A stretch of 64,000 nt of DNA, from assembly GCA_963765205.1 (NCBI GenBank), contig CAVXVB010000007.1, positions 32,001 to 96,000 of the forward strand, read 5' to 3'. This document shows positions 39,085-49,980 of this stretch, in pieces (position 1 is the stretch's first letter; each line of letters opens with the position of its first letter). A program made the position numbers and the translations under genes. The notes under the pieces were generated by a model. It made no database searches and was not told the DNA's origin. It saw nothing but the letters and a program-made list of their open reading frames with translations. The stretch comes from an uncultured Verrucomicrobiae bacterium. Lineage in GTDB: Bacteria; Verrucomicrobiota; Verrucomicrobiia; Opitutales; JABDGR01.

Positions 39085-42000
39085 TTAACTCTTAATTCTT
39101 AATTTTTCTTTCAAGAACGGCGCCGTCGGCGAGTTTTTCCGTCCTACCAATTCTGCCACCGGACCTTGATACAAAATCTTTCCGCCCGCGTCGCCGCCCT
39201 CCGGGCCCAGCTCGAGTACCCAGTCCGCCTCCGCGATCAAATCCAGGTGGTGCTCGATGACGATCACGGTGTGTCCCTGGCTCCACCAACCGGTGCAGCA
39301 AATCAATCAGCCGCGCCACGTCGGCCTGGTGCAGCCCGATGGTCGGCTCCTCCAATATATATAGGTGCTGCTCCGCCGCTCCGCCGCGCAACCGCGCCGC
39401 CTGGCCCGGCAGCCCGCGCGCCAGCTCGCTCACCAGTTTCAGCCGCTGCGCCTCGCCGCCCGAGAGCGTCGGGCTGCTCTGCCCCAGCGTCAAATAACCC
39501 AACCCCGTTTCGTTCATCAGCTCGAGTAGCGCGCGCAGCTTCCGGTGGGCGGCGAAAAAGCCCGCCGCCTCCTCGAACGACATCTTCAGCACCTCCGCCA
39601 GATTTTTCCCATTCCAGCGCAGCTCGCGCAACTCCGGCCCATAGCGGTCGCCTCCGCACTCCTCGCATGGCAGCCACGCCTCCGGCAAAAAACTCATCTC
39701 CAATTTCACGCGCCCCGCGCCCGCGCACGTCTCGCAGCGCCCACCCTTGGTGTTGAACGAAAACCACCCCGCCTCGTGCCCGCGCACCCGCGCCTCCGGC
39801 AATTGTGCGAACAACGCGCGAATGTGCTCGAACGCCCCGATATACGTCGCCGGCGTCGAGCGGGGCGTCTGCCCAATCGGGTCCTGCCCGACCTCAATCA
39901 CCCGCGCCAACGCCTGCGCCCCCGCCACCTCCCGCCACGGCGGCGGCGCAGTTTTCTGCCGCGCCATTTTCTGCCCCGGTGGAGAGCGCCCCGGTAGGGA
40001 CGCCTCTCCGAGGCGTCCGCTCTGCGCCGACAGTTTGCCCGCCATAGCCGTGTCGTAGGTGGGCCATTCCACCCGCGCCAACCCGCGCTCCGCCGCCCAG
40101 GCCGCCGCCGGCTCGAGCACCTCGCGCACCAACGTGCTCTTCCCCGCGCCCGACGGCCCGCACACCATAATCAACCGCCCGAGTGGAAACCACGCATTCC
40201 CACCCTTCAGATTTCTCAACCGCGCCTCCCACACCACCAGCCAATTTTTGGTTTTTGTATTTGTTTTCTCATTGGATGTTCGATGGTGAATGCTGGATGT
40301 TCGATGTTCGCCGGGGCCGCCCGGTGGCACGCTCCGCCAACTTCCCCGCCGCGGATGTCGCAAGCCCTCGCGCAAAAATTTCCCCGTCAGTGACTCGGGA
40401 TGTTTCATCACTTCCGCGACCGACCCCTGCGCCACCACGCGCCCGCCATGCGTGCCCGCCCCCGGCCCGAGGTCAATAATCCGGTCCGCCTGCCGCAGCA
40501 TGTCCTCATCGTGCTCGACCACGAGCAGCGAATTGCCGTGCTCTTGCAACGCGCGCAACGACTCGATCAGCCGTCGGTTGTCTCGCGCGTGCAAGCCGAT
40601 GGACGGTTCGTCGAGCACATACAGCACCCCGGCCAAATTCGACCCCAACTGCGCCGCCAGCCGGATGCGCTGCGCCTCGCCGACCGACAACGTGTCCGCC
40701 GACCGGTCCAGCGTCAAGTAATCCAGCCCAACCCGGTCCAAAAATTTCAACCGCTCGGCTATCTGCGGAATAATTTCGTCCGCGATTAGTTTGCCCCGCG
40801 CATCCGTCTGCAAATGTTTTAGCCGCTTCAGCAACACCGCCGGTGCGAGCGCCAGCAATTCCGGCAGAGACTGCGCCGGCCCCCGAGCGAAATATAGTTT
40901 CACCGCCCGCGCAATCGGGTTCAGCCGCGCGCCCTGGCACGCGGGACAAATCTCCTCAATCGGCTCCGCGTAACTCGGCGCTTCCGCATACAAATCCTCG
41001 TTCGCATCCACCTCCGCAAACAACCGCCCGTGCCCGCGGCAGCGCGGACACCACCCGCGCATCGAATTCCACGAAAAATTCTTCGGATCCAATTCGGCGA
41101 AGGCCTCGCCCGTCGCCGGGTCCGTCCGCGTCGTCGAGAACCACACCGGTTCGCCGCCCTTCGGCTCCAACAAGAAACACGCGCCCTCGCCGACCTTCAG
41201 CGCGCCGTCCAGCGCGCGTGCGATTTCCGCGCCGGAAAATTTCCGCGCCGCTTGGGTTCCAAAATCCGCCACGGCCACCTCCACGTCATGCTCGCGGTAA
41301 CGATCCAGCTTTTGAAATTTATCCACCGGCACCAACTGCCCGTCGCACCGCAGCAGCGCGTGCCCGTGCTTGCGCGCCCATTCGGCCAGCGGCTGGTGGT
41401 GCCCCTTGCGCCCGCGCACCAGCGGCGCGAACAAATATAAATGCGCCGCGCGCCGCCGGCGCGCCAGCTCCACCCGCAACCGTCGCGCCACCGCCTCGCG
41501 CCCCAGCGCCACCAGTGGCTTTCCCGTCACCAAACTGTGCGGCACGCCCAGCCGCGCAAACAGCAGCCGCAAATACGGCGCGACCTCCGTCACCGTCGCC
41601 ACCGTGCTTTTGCGCCCGCCGCGCGTCACGCGCTGCTCGATGGCCACCGTCGGCGGCAGCCCCGCCACTTCGTCCACGTCCGGCCGCGGCAGTTGCTCCA
41701 CAAACTGCCGTGCATACGACGACATGCTCTCCATAAACCGCCGCTGCCCTTCCGCGAAAATAATGTCGAACGCCAGCGTGGATTTCCCCGACCCCGACAC
41801 GCCGGTGATGACGGCGAATTCGCCCCGCGGCAACTCCAGCGATAAATTTTTCAGGTTATGTTCGCGGGCGCCAATGACGCGCAGCGTCGTTGCAGGTTGC
41901 CACTCGGTTGCAAGTTGCAGGTTGCAAGTTGCAGGTTGGCCGACCAGCGCCTTTTCATTTTCCTCAACTTGCAACTTTTCCCCGTCTTTAATTCGAAACC

Positions 42001-45000
42001 CCAAGCTCGAAACCTGAACCCCGTCTTCCTCAACTTGCAACCTGCAACTTGCAACCTGCAACCCGCCTTCTTCTGCCCCCTGCAACTGCTTCCGCAAAAA
42101 TCCCGCCGTCTCCGTCGTTCCCCGCGCCACTTCCTCCGGCGTGCCCTCCGCCACGATTTGCCCGCCCCGCGCGCCTGCCTCCGGCCCCAACTCGATCAAC
42201 CAGTCGCACGCCGCCAGTACGTCTTAACTGATGCTCGACCACCACCACGCTGTGCCCGCGATCCACCAGCCGCTGCAACACTTGCAGCAACCGCCCAACG
42301 TCGTCGCGGTGCAGCCCCGTCGTCGGTTCATCCAATAACAAGAGCGACGGCCCCGCGCCATCCTCGAGTCCGCCTAAATAGCGTACCAGTTTCAACCGCT
42401 GCGACTCGCCGCCCGACAGCGTGTTCAACGGCTGCCCCAGCGGCAAATAGCCCAGCCCGACCTCGACCAGCGCCCGCAGCCGCGCCGCGATTTTTTCCTC
42501 CTTCGTAAAAATTTCCGCCGCCTCGCCTACTTCGAGCGCCAGCACCTCCGCCACGCTGTGCCCCTGCCACGCGCAGGCCAGCACCTCCGGCTTGAAGCGC
42601 CGCCCGCCGCACTCCGGGCACGGCACATACAAATCGCTCATGAATTGCATCTCGACGCGTTCGCTACCCAATCCCTGGCAATGCGCGCACCGCCCCTCGC
42701 CCGCGTTGAACGAAAACTCCCGCGCTGTGAAGCCCGCCGCGCGCGCGCCTTCGCCGGACGCGAACAATTGCCGGACGCCCTCCCACGCGCCGCAATACGA
42801 CGCCGCGTTGCTGCGCGGCGTGCGGCTCACCGGCGATTGATCCACCAGCATCAATTCGGCAAATTTCGGCATCCACACCCGCGCCATCGCCGCCGGCTCC
42901 TGCGCCGGCTCGCCCCGCCGCGCGCGCAATCCCTCATACAACGCGTGCTCGAGGAACGTGCTCTTTCCCGACCCCGACACCCCGCAAAGGCCGACCAGAC
43001 GACCGAGGGGGATGGAGACATCGAGATTGTGCAAATTATGCAGGGTGATGCCTTGCAGGGTGAGAAATGCGGAATGCGGAGTTCGGAATTCGGAATTTTT
43101 CCGACCGGAATTCCTCCTGGCAAAAGATTCCGCACTCCGAACTCTGCGCTCCGCATTCCTTCGCTTCGCCAGCGTCTTCCGCCCGCTCAAATACTGCCCC
43201 GTCAAACTCTCCGGCGACTTCAGCAACTCCGCCACCGTTCCGCTGAAGACCAGCCGCCCGCCCAGCTTGCCCGGCGCCGGCCCAATCTCGACGATGTGGT
43301 CGGCGGCCCGCATCACCGCCTCGTCATGCTCGACCACGACCACGGTGTTCCCCTGGTCGGCCAGCCGCCGCAAAATCCCAATCAGCCGGTGAATGTCCCG
43401 CGGATGCAGTCCCACACTCGGCTCATCCAGCACAAACAACGTTTCCACCAGCGCCGAGCCCAGGCACGTTGTCAAATTCACCCGCTCCGTCTCGCCGCCC
43501 GAAAGCGTCCGCGTCGGCCGGTCCAGCGTCAAATAACCCAAGCCTACCTCGCGCAAATAGCGCAAGCGGGTGAAAATCCCCTCGAGCGCCAAGTCACTCT
43601 GATGCCGGTCTCGCCAGCGGTTCTTTTCCCATTTCAGATTTCAAATTTCTGATTGCAAATTCCTTTTCCAACAACCCCAACAATTCTTCCACCGGCATCC
43701 GATACAAATCCGGCAGCGTCCGTCCGCGCCACTTCCACCACAGCGCCTCCGGCTGCAGCCGCGCGCCGCCGCAATCCGGGCACGTCGAATACGTGCGGTA
43801 TTTCGATAGGAACACCCGCACATGCATCTTATACGTCTGGCCCTCGAGCCAGGCGAAAAACCGCCGCACGCCATACCAATGCTTCTGCCACGTCCCCTCG
43901 CGGTAGCCCGGCTCGCCCGCCAGCACAAACTCCCGCTGCGCCGCGCTCAACTCCCGCCACGCGATCTGCGTCGGAATTTTATGCTTCGCGCACGCCCGCA
44001 GCAAATCGCGCTGGCTCTCGCCGTAAACCTCGCCCTGAAACGGCCGCAGCGCCCCGCCCGCAAGGCTCAGTTTCGGATCAGGAATCACCAACCGCTCGTC
44101 CACTTCAATCACCCGCCCAAACCCCTTGCAACGCGGGCACGCCCCCAAGGGCGAGTTGAAGGAAAACAGCCCCGGCGTCGCCGGCCGGAATTTCCGCCCC
44201 GTGTGCGGCGAATGCAAACCCTCGGAAAACCGGCCCAGCTCGAGGCCCTCGTCGTCAAGCAAACGCAGCGCGCCCTGCCCGAAATGCAGCGCCGCCCGCG
44301 CCGCCTCGAGAAACCGCGTCTCGTTCGCCGCCGCCAGCGCCACCCGGTCCTGCACCACCAGCAACACCGCCCCCGTCGGCAACTCCGCAAAATTCTTTTC
44401 CAAGTCCTCCAGCCGCGCCACTGCCGGGCCATCGCTTGCGCCGGCCCCCCCTGGTTTATTCCGGTTTTTCCCTTTTCCCTTTTCCATTCTTTCTCCGACC
44501 ACCACCGCCCGCGTATACCCCTGCGCCCGCAGCGGCCCGAAAATCTCCGCCCATGACAACTGCGCGGGCTTCCGCACCGCGAACGCCACCAGTACCATCC
44601 GCCCCTCGTCCGGCCATTGCGCGCGCGCCTGGTGCCAAATCGTCCGCGGATTGTCGTCCGCGATCACTTCTCCCGTCTCCGGGTCGTGCAGCCGCGCCGC
44701 GTGCGGCCACCACGCTTTGAAATAATCGCACAGTTCCGTCATCGTCCCCACTGTCGAGCGCGAGGCCTTCACCGTGTTCGTCTGCTCGATGGCGATGGAT
44801 GGGCGGATGTTCTCGATGCTGTCCACCCGCGGCCGGTCCAGCCGCTCCAAAAACTGCCGAGTGTAGGCGCTGAACGTCTCGACATAGCGCCGCTGCCCCT
44901 CCGCGTGCAGCGTCTCAAACACCAGCGACGATTTCCCCGTCCCGCTCAAACCCGTCACCACGATCAACTTCCCCAGCGGCAAATCCAGGTGCAGCCCCCG

Positions 45001-45051
45001 CAAATTATTCTCGCGCACGCCGCGCAGGCGGATGGAATCGGAAGCAGGCAT
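39085..45051 (-). CDS. uvrA: Double-length (tandem-fused) UvrA, about 1980 codons; frameshifts near 43630, 42225 and 39280; carries repeat inserts
   Basis: Four Walker A motifs (GLSGTGKS, GVSGSGKS x2, GPSGAGKS), two 'AEGQRR' starts, signature motifs and Zn fingers across four ORF pieces. Confidence 0.93.
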
Positions 45052-45075
45052 GTCACAATTTCAGGAAAGAATTTT

Positions 45076-45150
45076 TACCACGGAGGCACAGAGAACACGG
45101 AGAAAATTATCAAGTCAATCCCCCTCTGTGTCCTCCGTGCCCTCCGTGGC
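45076..45150. repeat. Inverted 9-mer (CACGGAG) hairpin
   Basis: accacggaggcacagagaacacggag ... ctctgtgtcctccgtgccctccgtgg. Confidence 0.8.
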
Positions 45151-45166
45151 TTTATTTTCTTTCAAA

Positions 45167-47041
45167 CTAACTTCCGCCTTCCGCCCGGTGCGCCGCGATT
45201 TTCGTCAGGAACGTCGGGCCAAACTCGCGGAGCTTCTTCTCCCCCACCCCGCTAATGCGCGCGAATTCCGACTCGTCGCGCGGGAGCTGGCTGGCCATCT
45301 CGCGCAACGAAACGTCGGAAAAGATGATAAACGCCGGCACGTCGCGCTCGTCCGCCAGCCGGCGGCGCAGCCCGCGCAGTTTCTCGAACAACGGCTCGTC
45401 GCAGGCAATTTCCCCGGCCCGGGATTTTTCCCGGCGCGGCGCGGGCGCATTTTCCCCGCGTGGTTCGTAGGTCCGACCCTTCCGTGGCGCGGGCGCGGCC
45501 ACCGGCCGGGCGAAGGTGATTTTTTGGCGGGCGCGCAGCGCCGCCCAGCCCGCGTCCGTCAATTCAGCGATGTTAAACTGCTCCGCGTTCTGGCGCAGGT
45601 AGCCCAGCCGCACCAGCTCGCGCCCGATGGCGCCCCACTCCGCGCGGCTGTGCTCCGCGCCGATCCCGTAAGTCGAAAGCGCTTGATGATGCCACTTGCG
45701 GATTTTTTCCGTGTCGGCCCCGCCCAGCACGTCCGCCACATGCAGCAGCCCCACGCCGAAGTTGCCCTTCTCCCGGATGCGATAGACGCATGACATGAAT
45801 TTCTGCGCCGCGATGGTCCCGTCCCACGTTGCGCGCGGCGTCAGGCAATTATCGCAGGCACCGCAGTTGTCGCCCGGCAGCTTGTCGCCGAAATAATCCA
45901 GCAAATGCGCGCGCCGGCAGGACGGCACTTCGGCGTAGCGCACCATCAGCTCCAATTGCGCCCGCGCGATTTCCCGCTCTTTCGGATCGGGCTTTTCATC
46001 AATGAATTGGCCGTATTTAATCCGGTCGCCCGGGCTGAACAGCAGCAGGCATTCGCTCGGCAGCCCGTCCCGCCCCGCGCGCCCGGTCTCCTGATAATAA
46101 CCTTCGATATTCTTGGGCAAATCGTAGTGGACGACAAACCGCACGTTCGATTTGTTGATGCCCATGCCAAACGCGACCGTCGCGCAGACGACCTGGAGCC
46201 GGTCGCGCAAAAACGCCTCCTGGTTGCGCGTGCGCATTTTGCCATCCAGCCCCGCATGATACGCCGCCGCCCGCACCCCGTCGGCGGTTAGTTTTTCGGC
46301 GATGCTCTCCGTCGTCTTGCGCGCCTGGCAATAAATGATCCCGCTCTCCTTCGCGCGGCCTTGGACGAAATCCAACACCTGCTCGTAGGCCCCCTTTTTC
46401 GCCGCCACGCGGTAGTGCAGATTCGGCCGGTTGAAGCTCGCCACATAACACCCCGGCTCGCGCAAACGCAGTTGCCGCACTATGTCCTCCCGCACCCGCT
46501 CGGTCGCCGTCGCCGTCAACGCCATCACCTCGACCTGCGGAAATAAATCGCGCAACGTGGCTAGTTGCCGATACTCCGGTCGGAAATCATGCCCCCACTC
46601 GCTGATGCAATGCGCCTCGTCAATGGCGAACAAGTTCACGTCCCACCGGCGCAAGTCCTCTAAAAAGCCGGCCAGCATCAACCGCTCGGGCGCCGCATAG
46701 AGCAGCCGGTATTCCCCCTGGTGCAACCCGCGCAATCGCCTCCGCGATTCGTCGGCGCCCAGCGAGGAATTCAAAAATGTCGCCGGCACCCCCGCCGCCT
46801 GCAACGCGTCCACCTGGTCCTTCATCAACGCGATCAGCGGTGACACCACCACCGTCAACCCCGGCCGCGCCAGCGCCGGCAATTGAAAGCACAGCGACTT
46901 CCCGCCCCCCGTCGGCAAAACCACCAGCGTGTCCCGGTGCGCCAGTGTGGCGCGCATGATCTCCTCCTGCAGTGGCCGAAACGATTTAAACCCAAACCAG
47001 CGCTTGAGCAGCGCCTGCAGTTGAAACGGATCGGCGGGCAT
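45167..47041 (-). CDS. recQ: ATP-dependent DNA helicase RecQ
   Basis: 'PTGGGKSLCFQLP', 'DEAHCISEWGHDFRP', 'QETGRAGRDG', RQC and HRDC domains. Confidence 0.96.
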   Translation of the reverse strand: MPADPFQLQALLKRWFGFKSFRPLQEEIMRATLAHRDTLVVLPTGGGKSLCFQLPALARPGLTVVVSPLIALMKDQVDALQAAGVPATFLNSSLGADESRRRLRGLHQGEYRLLYAAPERLMLAGFLEDLRRWDVNLFAIDEAHCISEWGHDFRPEYRQLATLRDLFPQVEVMALTATATERVREDIVRQLRLREPGCYVASFNRPNLHYRVAAKKGAYEQVLDFVQGRAKESGIIYCQARKTTESIAEKLTADGVRAAAYHAGLDGKMRTRNQEAFLRDRLQVVCATVAFGMGINKSNVRFVVHYDLPKNIEGYYQETGRAGRDGLPSECLLLFSPGDRIKYGQFIDEKPDPKEREIARAQLELMVRYAEVPSCRRAHLLDYFGDKLPGDNCGACDNCLTPRATWDGTIAAQKFMSCVYRIREKGNFGVGLLHVADVLGGADTEKIRKWHHQALSTYGIGAEHSRAEWGAIGRELVRLGYLRQNAEQFNIAELTDAGWAALRARQKITFARPVAAPAPRKGRTYEPRGENAPAPRREKSRAGEIACDEPLFEKLRGLRRRLADERDVPAFIIFSDVSLREMASQLPRDESEFARISGVGEKKLREFGPTFLTKIAAHRAEGGS

Positions 47042-47212
47042 GGATGAAGGATGAGGGATGAGGGATGAAGAACTAAATGCAAATTGAACCACGGAGGGCG
47101 TGGAGAATCAAAGGGGAATTATAAATCAGAAATTCGAATTACGAATTACGAAAAAAAACGTCCAAAACCTCGAACAAATCACTCGCAAACTTGCAACCTG
47201 CAACTTGCAACC
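47042..47212. repeat. Compound repeat block (GGATGAG, CACGGAG, GAATTAC, TTGCAAC modules)
   Basis: Modules read directly; 47048-47107 has inverted partners at 48115-48174 and 48196-48244. Confidence 0.8.
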
Positions 47213-47222
47213 AAGCGCCCGT

Positions 47223-47558
47223 TCATTTCCGCTCCAATGCGCCAACCGTCGTAATCTTCAGCGACGTTTCACCCGTCGCATCCTCCGTCTTTTGGAAAAA
47301 CCCCCGCCGCCCGCACGCGCGCAGCAATGGATGCCCGGCCGCCATCAACGCGACCGCCGCGCACACGGTTGCAAACACCGTCGCCAACAGGCCGGAAATC
47401 CCCAGGAACAGCAACAATAGCATCAGCGTCGTAAACACCATCACCGCGCCCAGCACCGCCACGACCACCGCCACCACCAAGCCCTGCAGCAACGGATTCT
47501 TAACCTCGCGCCCGTTCGCAGTGACACGAAATTTCTTAATGTGGATACCCGCAGTCAT
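47223..47558 (-). CDS. Small membrane protein
   Basis: Long hydrophobic stretch. Confidence 0.55.
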   Translation of the reverse strand: MTAGIHIKKFRVTANGREVKNPLLQGLVVAVVVAVLGAVMVFTTLMLLLLFLGISGLLATVFATVCAAVALMAAGHPLLRACGRRGFFQKTEDATGETSLKITTVGALERK

Positions 47559-47632
47559 GCGCGAAATTCTCCGCCAACCGCCGTCCCGGCGCAAGAATTA
47601 TTTGCCGCCGTTCAGGGCGCACTCCCGGTTTA

Positions 47633-47703
47633 AAGGCGCAGCCAGACTGCGTCCCTGCATCCGGGCCAACGTGTTCTTGTAGGGGCGCAGACTTGCTGCG
47701 CCC
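47633..47703. repeat. Inverted pair of GTAG-type REP-like palindromes
   Basis: ggcgcagccagactgcgtccctgca ... tgtaggggcgcagacttgctgcgccc. Confidence 0.65.
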
Positions 47704-47737
47704 GCTTCCAGATTTTCAAGCCAAATTGTTCCCCTGC

Positions 47738-48001
47738 TCAATTCTGGCAGCAAAACGGACTCGCGCACACATGCCCGCCGCCCGCCGGCAGCGCGCACTC
47801 ACCTTGCCCGCAACCCGGAGCCGCTGGCGCGGCCGCGCCCTTGGTCATAATCCCGAAGCCGCCCAAAATCACGCGCTTGACGGGCAGGCCCGACTCCGGG
47901 TCGCGCGTCAACGGCGCATCCCGCATGGATTGGCGCACCTCAAAGCGCCGCACCTCGTCGCCCGGCTTTTCCGGAATCGTTTCGTAAACGTAAGTGGCCA
48001 T
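47738..48001 (-). CDS. FmdB-like small protein lacking the ribbon cysteines
   Basis: 'MATYVYE...FEVRQSMRDAPLT..PE.G.PVKRVI.GG'; Cys-rich tail. Confidence 0.75.
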   Translation of the reverse strand: MATYVYETIPEKPGDEVRRFEVRQSMRDAPLTRDPESGLPVKRVILGGFGIMTKGAAAPAAPGCGQGECALPAGGGHVCASPFCCQN

Positions 48002-48074
48002 AAGCAAGTTAGACCCGCATACTAGAACAAATGTTCGCCCCCTGTCAGGCCTGAAGAATGCAACTATAGGAAAA

Positions 48075-48312
48075 GAGGGACAGAGGGTCTAAGACACTGA
48101 GGAACTTCTCACTCCTCTCCGTGCCCTCCGTGCTTGAATCTGCATTTTTCTTTTCATCCTTTATCCCTCATCCTTTTCCTATCCCCCACCCCACCGTTCA
48201 ACCTGCATTTCTTTCTTCATCCTTCATCCCTCATCCGTCATCCTTCCCCCTCGCCCATCGAAACTAAAACGAAAAACCAGGAACCAGGAACCAAGAACTA
48301 GGAACCAGGAAC
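48075..48312. repeat. Compound repeat block upstream of mnmE
   Basis: gggacagaggg, ctccgtgcc, tcatccc xn, gaaccag x5. Confidence 0.8.
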
Positions 48313-48322
48313 TTACTCCCCC

Positions 48323-49897
48323 ATGCCCCTCGGAGAAACCATCGCTGCCGCCGCCACGCCCCCTGGCGAATCCGCGCTCGCCCTCGTGCGCGCCAGTGGC
48401 CCCCTTGTCCCCGTGCTCGCTGCCGCCGTCCTCGGCCGCTCCGCCGGCCAAACCCCCGCCCCCCGCCACGCCACCTTCGGCCACTACCATACCCTCGCCG
48501 GCGAATCTCTCGACCAAATCGTCCTCACCTACTACGCCGCCCCCGCCTCGGCCACCGGCGAAGACCTCCTCGAAATCGCCTGCCACGGCAACCCCCTCAT
48601 CGTCCGCCGTATCCTCGACGACCTCCTCGCCCGCGGCTGCCGCCCCGCCCAACCCGGCGAATTCACCCGCACCGCCTTTCTCGCCGGCAAACTCGACCTC
48701 GCCCAGGCCGAAGCCGTCGCCGACCTCATCCGCACCCGCTCCGACGGGGCCCTCCGCGCCGCCCGCCGCCAGCTCGACGGCGAACTCTCCCGCCGCGTCC
48801 AGGAATTCTCCGACACGCTTCTCCGAATCCAGGCCGCCACCGAGGCCTACATTGATTTCCCCGAGGAAGATTTGCCCGCCGAAGACAACGCCACCCTCCG
48901 CGCGAAAATCGCCGGCCTCGCCGCCGAGATTGAAAAACTTCTCGCCACCGCCCGCTACGGCGCCCTGCTGCGCGACGGCGCCAGCGTCGTCATCGCCGGT
49001 CCGCCCAACGCCGGCAAGTCCAGCCTTATGAACGCGCTGCTCGGGCGCCCGCGCGCCATCGTCAGCCCCACGCCTGGCACGACCCGCGATTTCCTTGAAG
49101 AAACCCTCACCGCCGGCCCCTATACTATTCAGATCACGGACACGGCCGGGTTGCCGGAGGAAGTCAGGAGTCAGGAAGACAGGAGTCAGGAATCAGGAGT
49201 CAGGAGTCAGAAGCTAGAAACTAGAAGTCAGAATTCGGACATCAGGGGTCAGAAATCAGAAATACCACCCCCCACCCCCCGGTCAACTGATTGGGAACTC
49301 GAAACTAGAAACCTGAAACGCGAAACTTTACCCAACACCCTCCCCGCCCCTTGCTCCCCGCTCCCTGCTTCTCCCGATCCTATTGAGATGGAAGGTGTTA
49401 GCAGGGCGTTTGAAAAAATCACGACTGCCGATTTTCTGCTCCTTGTCCTCGACAGCACCCTGCCCTCTCCTACACTGCCCCAGCCTCTAATCGAGGTCAT
49501 TCACCCCCAAAACACGCTTGTCATTGAGAACAAGACAGACCTGTCTGTCTCTTTTACGCATGATTCATTTCTTCCTGATATCAAGCATCTTAGACTCTCT
49601 CTCAAGACGGGTCAAGGGCTGGAACAACTTCGTGCCGCACTTGTAATCGCCCTTGAAACCTCGTATGCCCTACCCCACGACGATCTGATCCTCACCAACA
49701 CCCGGCACGCCGACGCTCTGCGGCAAACCCACGCCGCTCTGACGGCGGCCCTCGAAAAGCTGGAAACCCACGCGCCTGCCGAACTCCTCGCCGCCCACCT
49801 GCGCGATGCCCTTACCGCCCTCGCCGAAATCGCCGGCCCCCTCGACAATCACGCCATGCTCGACCGCCTCTTCGCCCAATTCTGCATCGGGAAATAA
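48323..49897 (+). CDS. mnmE: tRNA modification GTPase MnmE with an about 70 aa in-frame repeat insert
   Basis: 'TIAAAATP', 'TGED..EI.CHG', 'GPPNAGKSS', 'GTTRD', 'DTAG', 'NKTD', 'FCIGK'. Confidence 0.96.
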   Translation: MPLGETIAAAATPPGESALALVRASGPLVPVLAAAVLGRSAGQTPAPRHATFGHYHTLAGESLDQIVLTYYAAPASATGEDLLEIACHGNPLIVRRILDDLLARGCRPAQPGEFTRTAFLAGKLDLAQAEAVADLIRTRSDGALRAARRQLDGELSRRVQEFSDTLLRIQAATEAYIDFPEEDLPAEDNATLRAKIAGLAAEIEKLLATARYGALLRDGASVVIAGPPNAGKSSLMNALLGRPRAIVSPTPGTTRDFLEETLTAGPYTIQITDTAGLPEEVRSQEDRSQESGVRSQKLETRSQNSDIRGQKSEIPPPTPRSTDWELETRNLKRETLPNTLPAPCSPLPASPDPIEMEGVSRAFEKITTADFLLLVLDSTLPSPTLPQPLIEVIHPQNTLVIENKTDLSVSFTHDSFLPDIKHLRLSLKTGQGLEQLRAALVIALETSYALPHDDLILTNTRHADALRQTHAALTAALEKLETHAPAELLAAHLRDALTALAEIAGPLDNHAMLDRLFAQFCIGK

Positions 49898-49980
49898 AAC
49901 TACGGGCGCGCCGCTTGCCGACACGCCACGCCGTTTCATTATTCATTTATCATTTGCCAGCAGATTGATCGGTGGACAGG

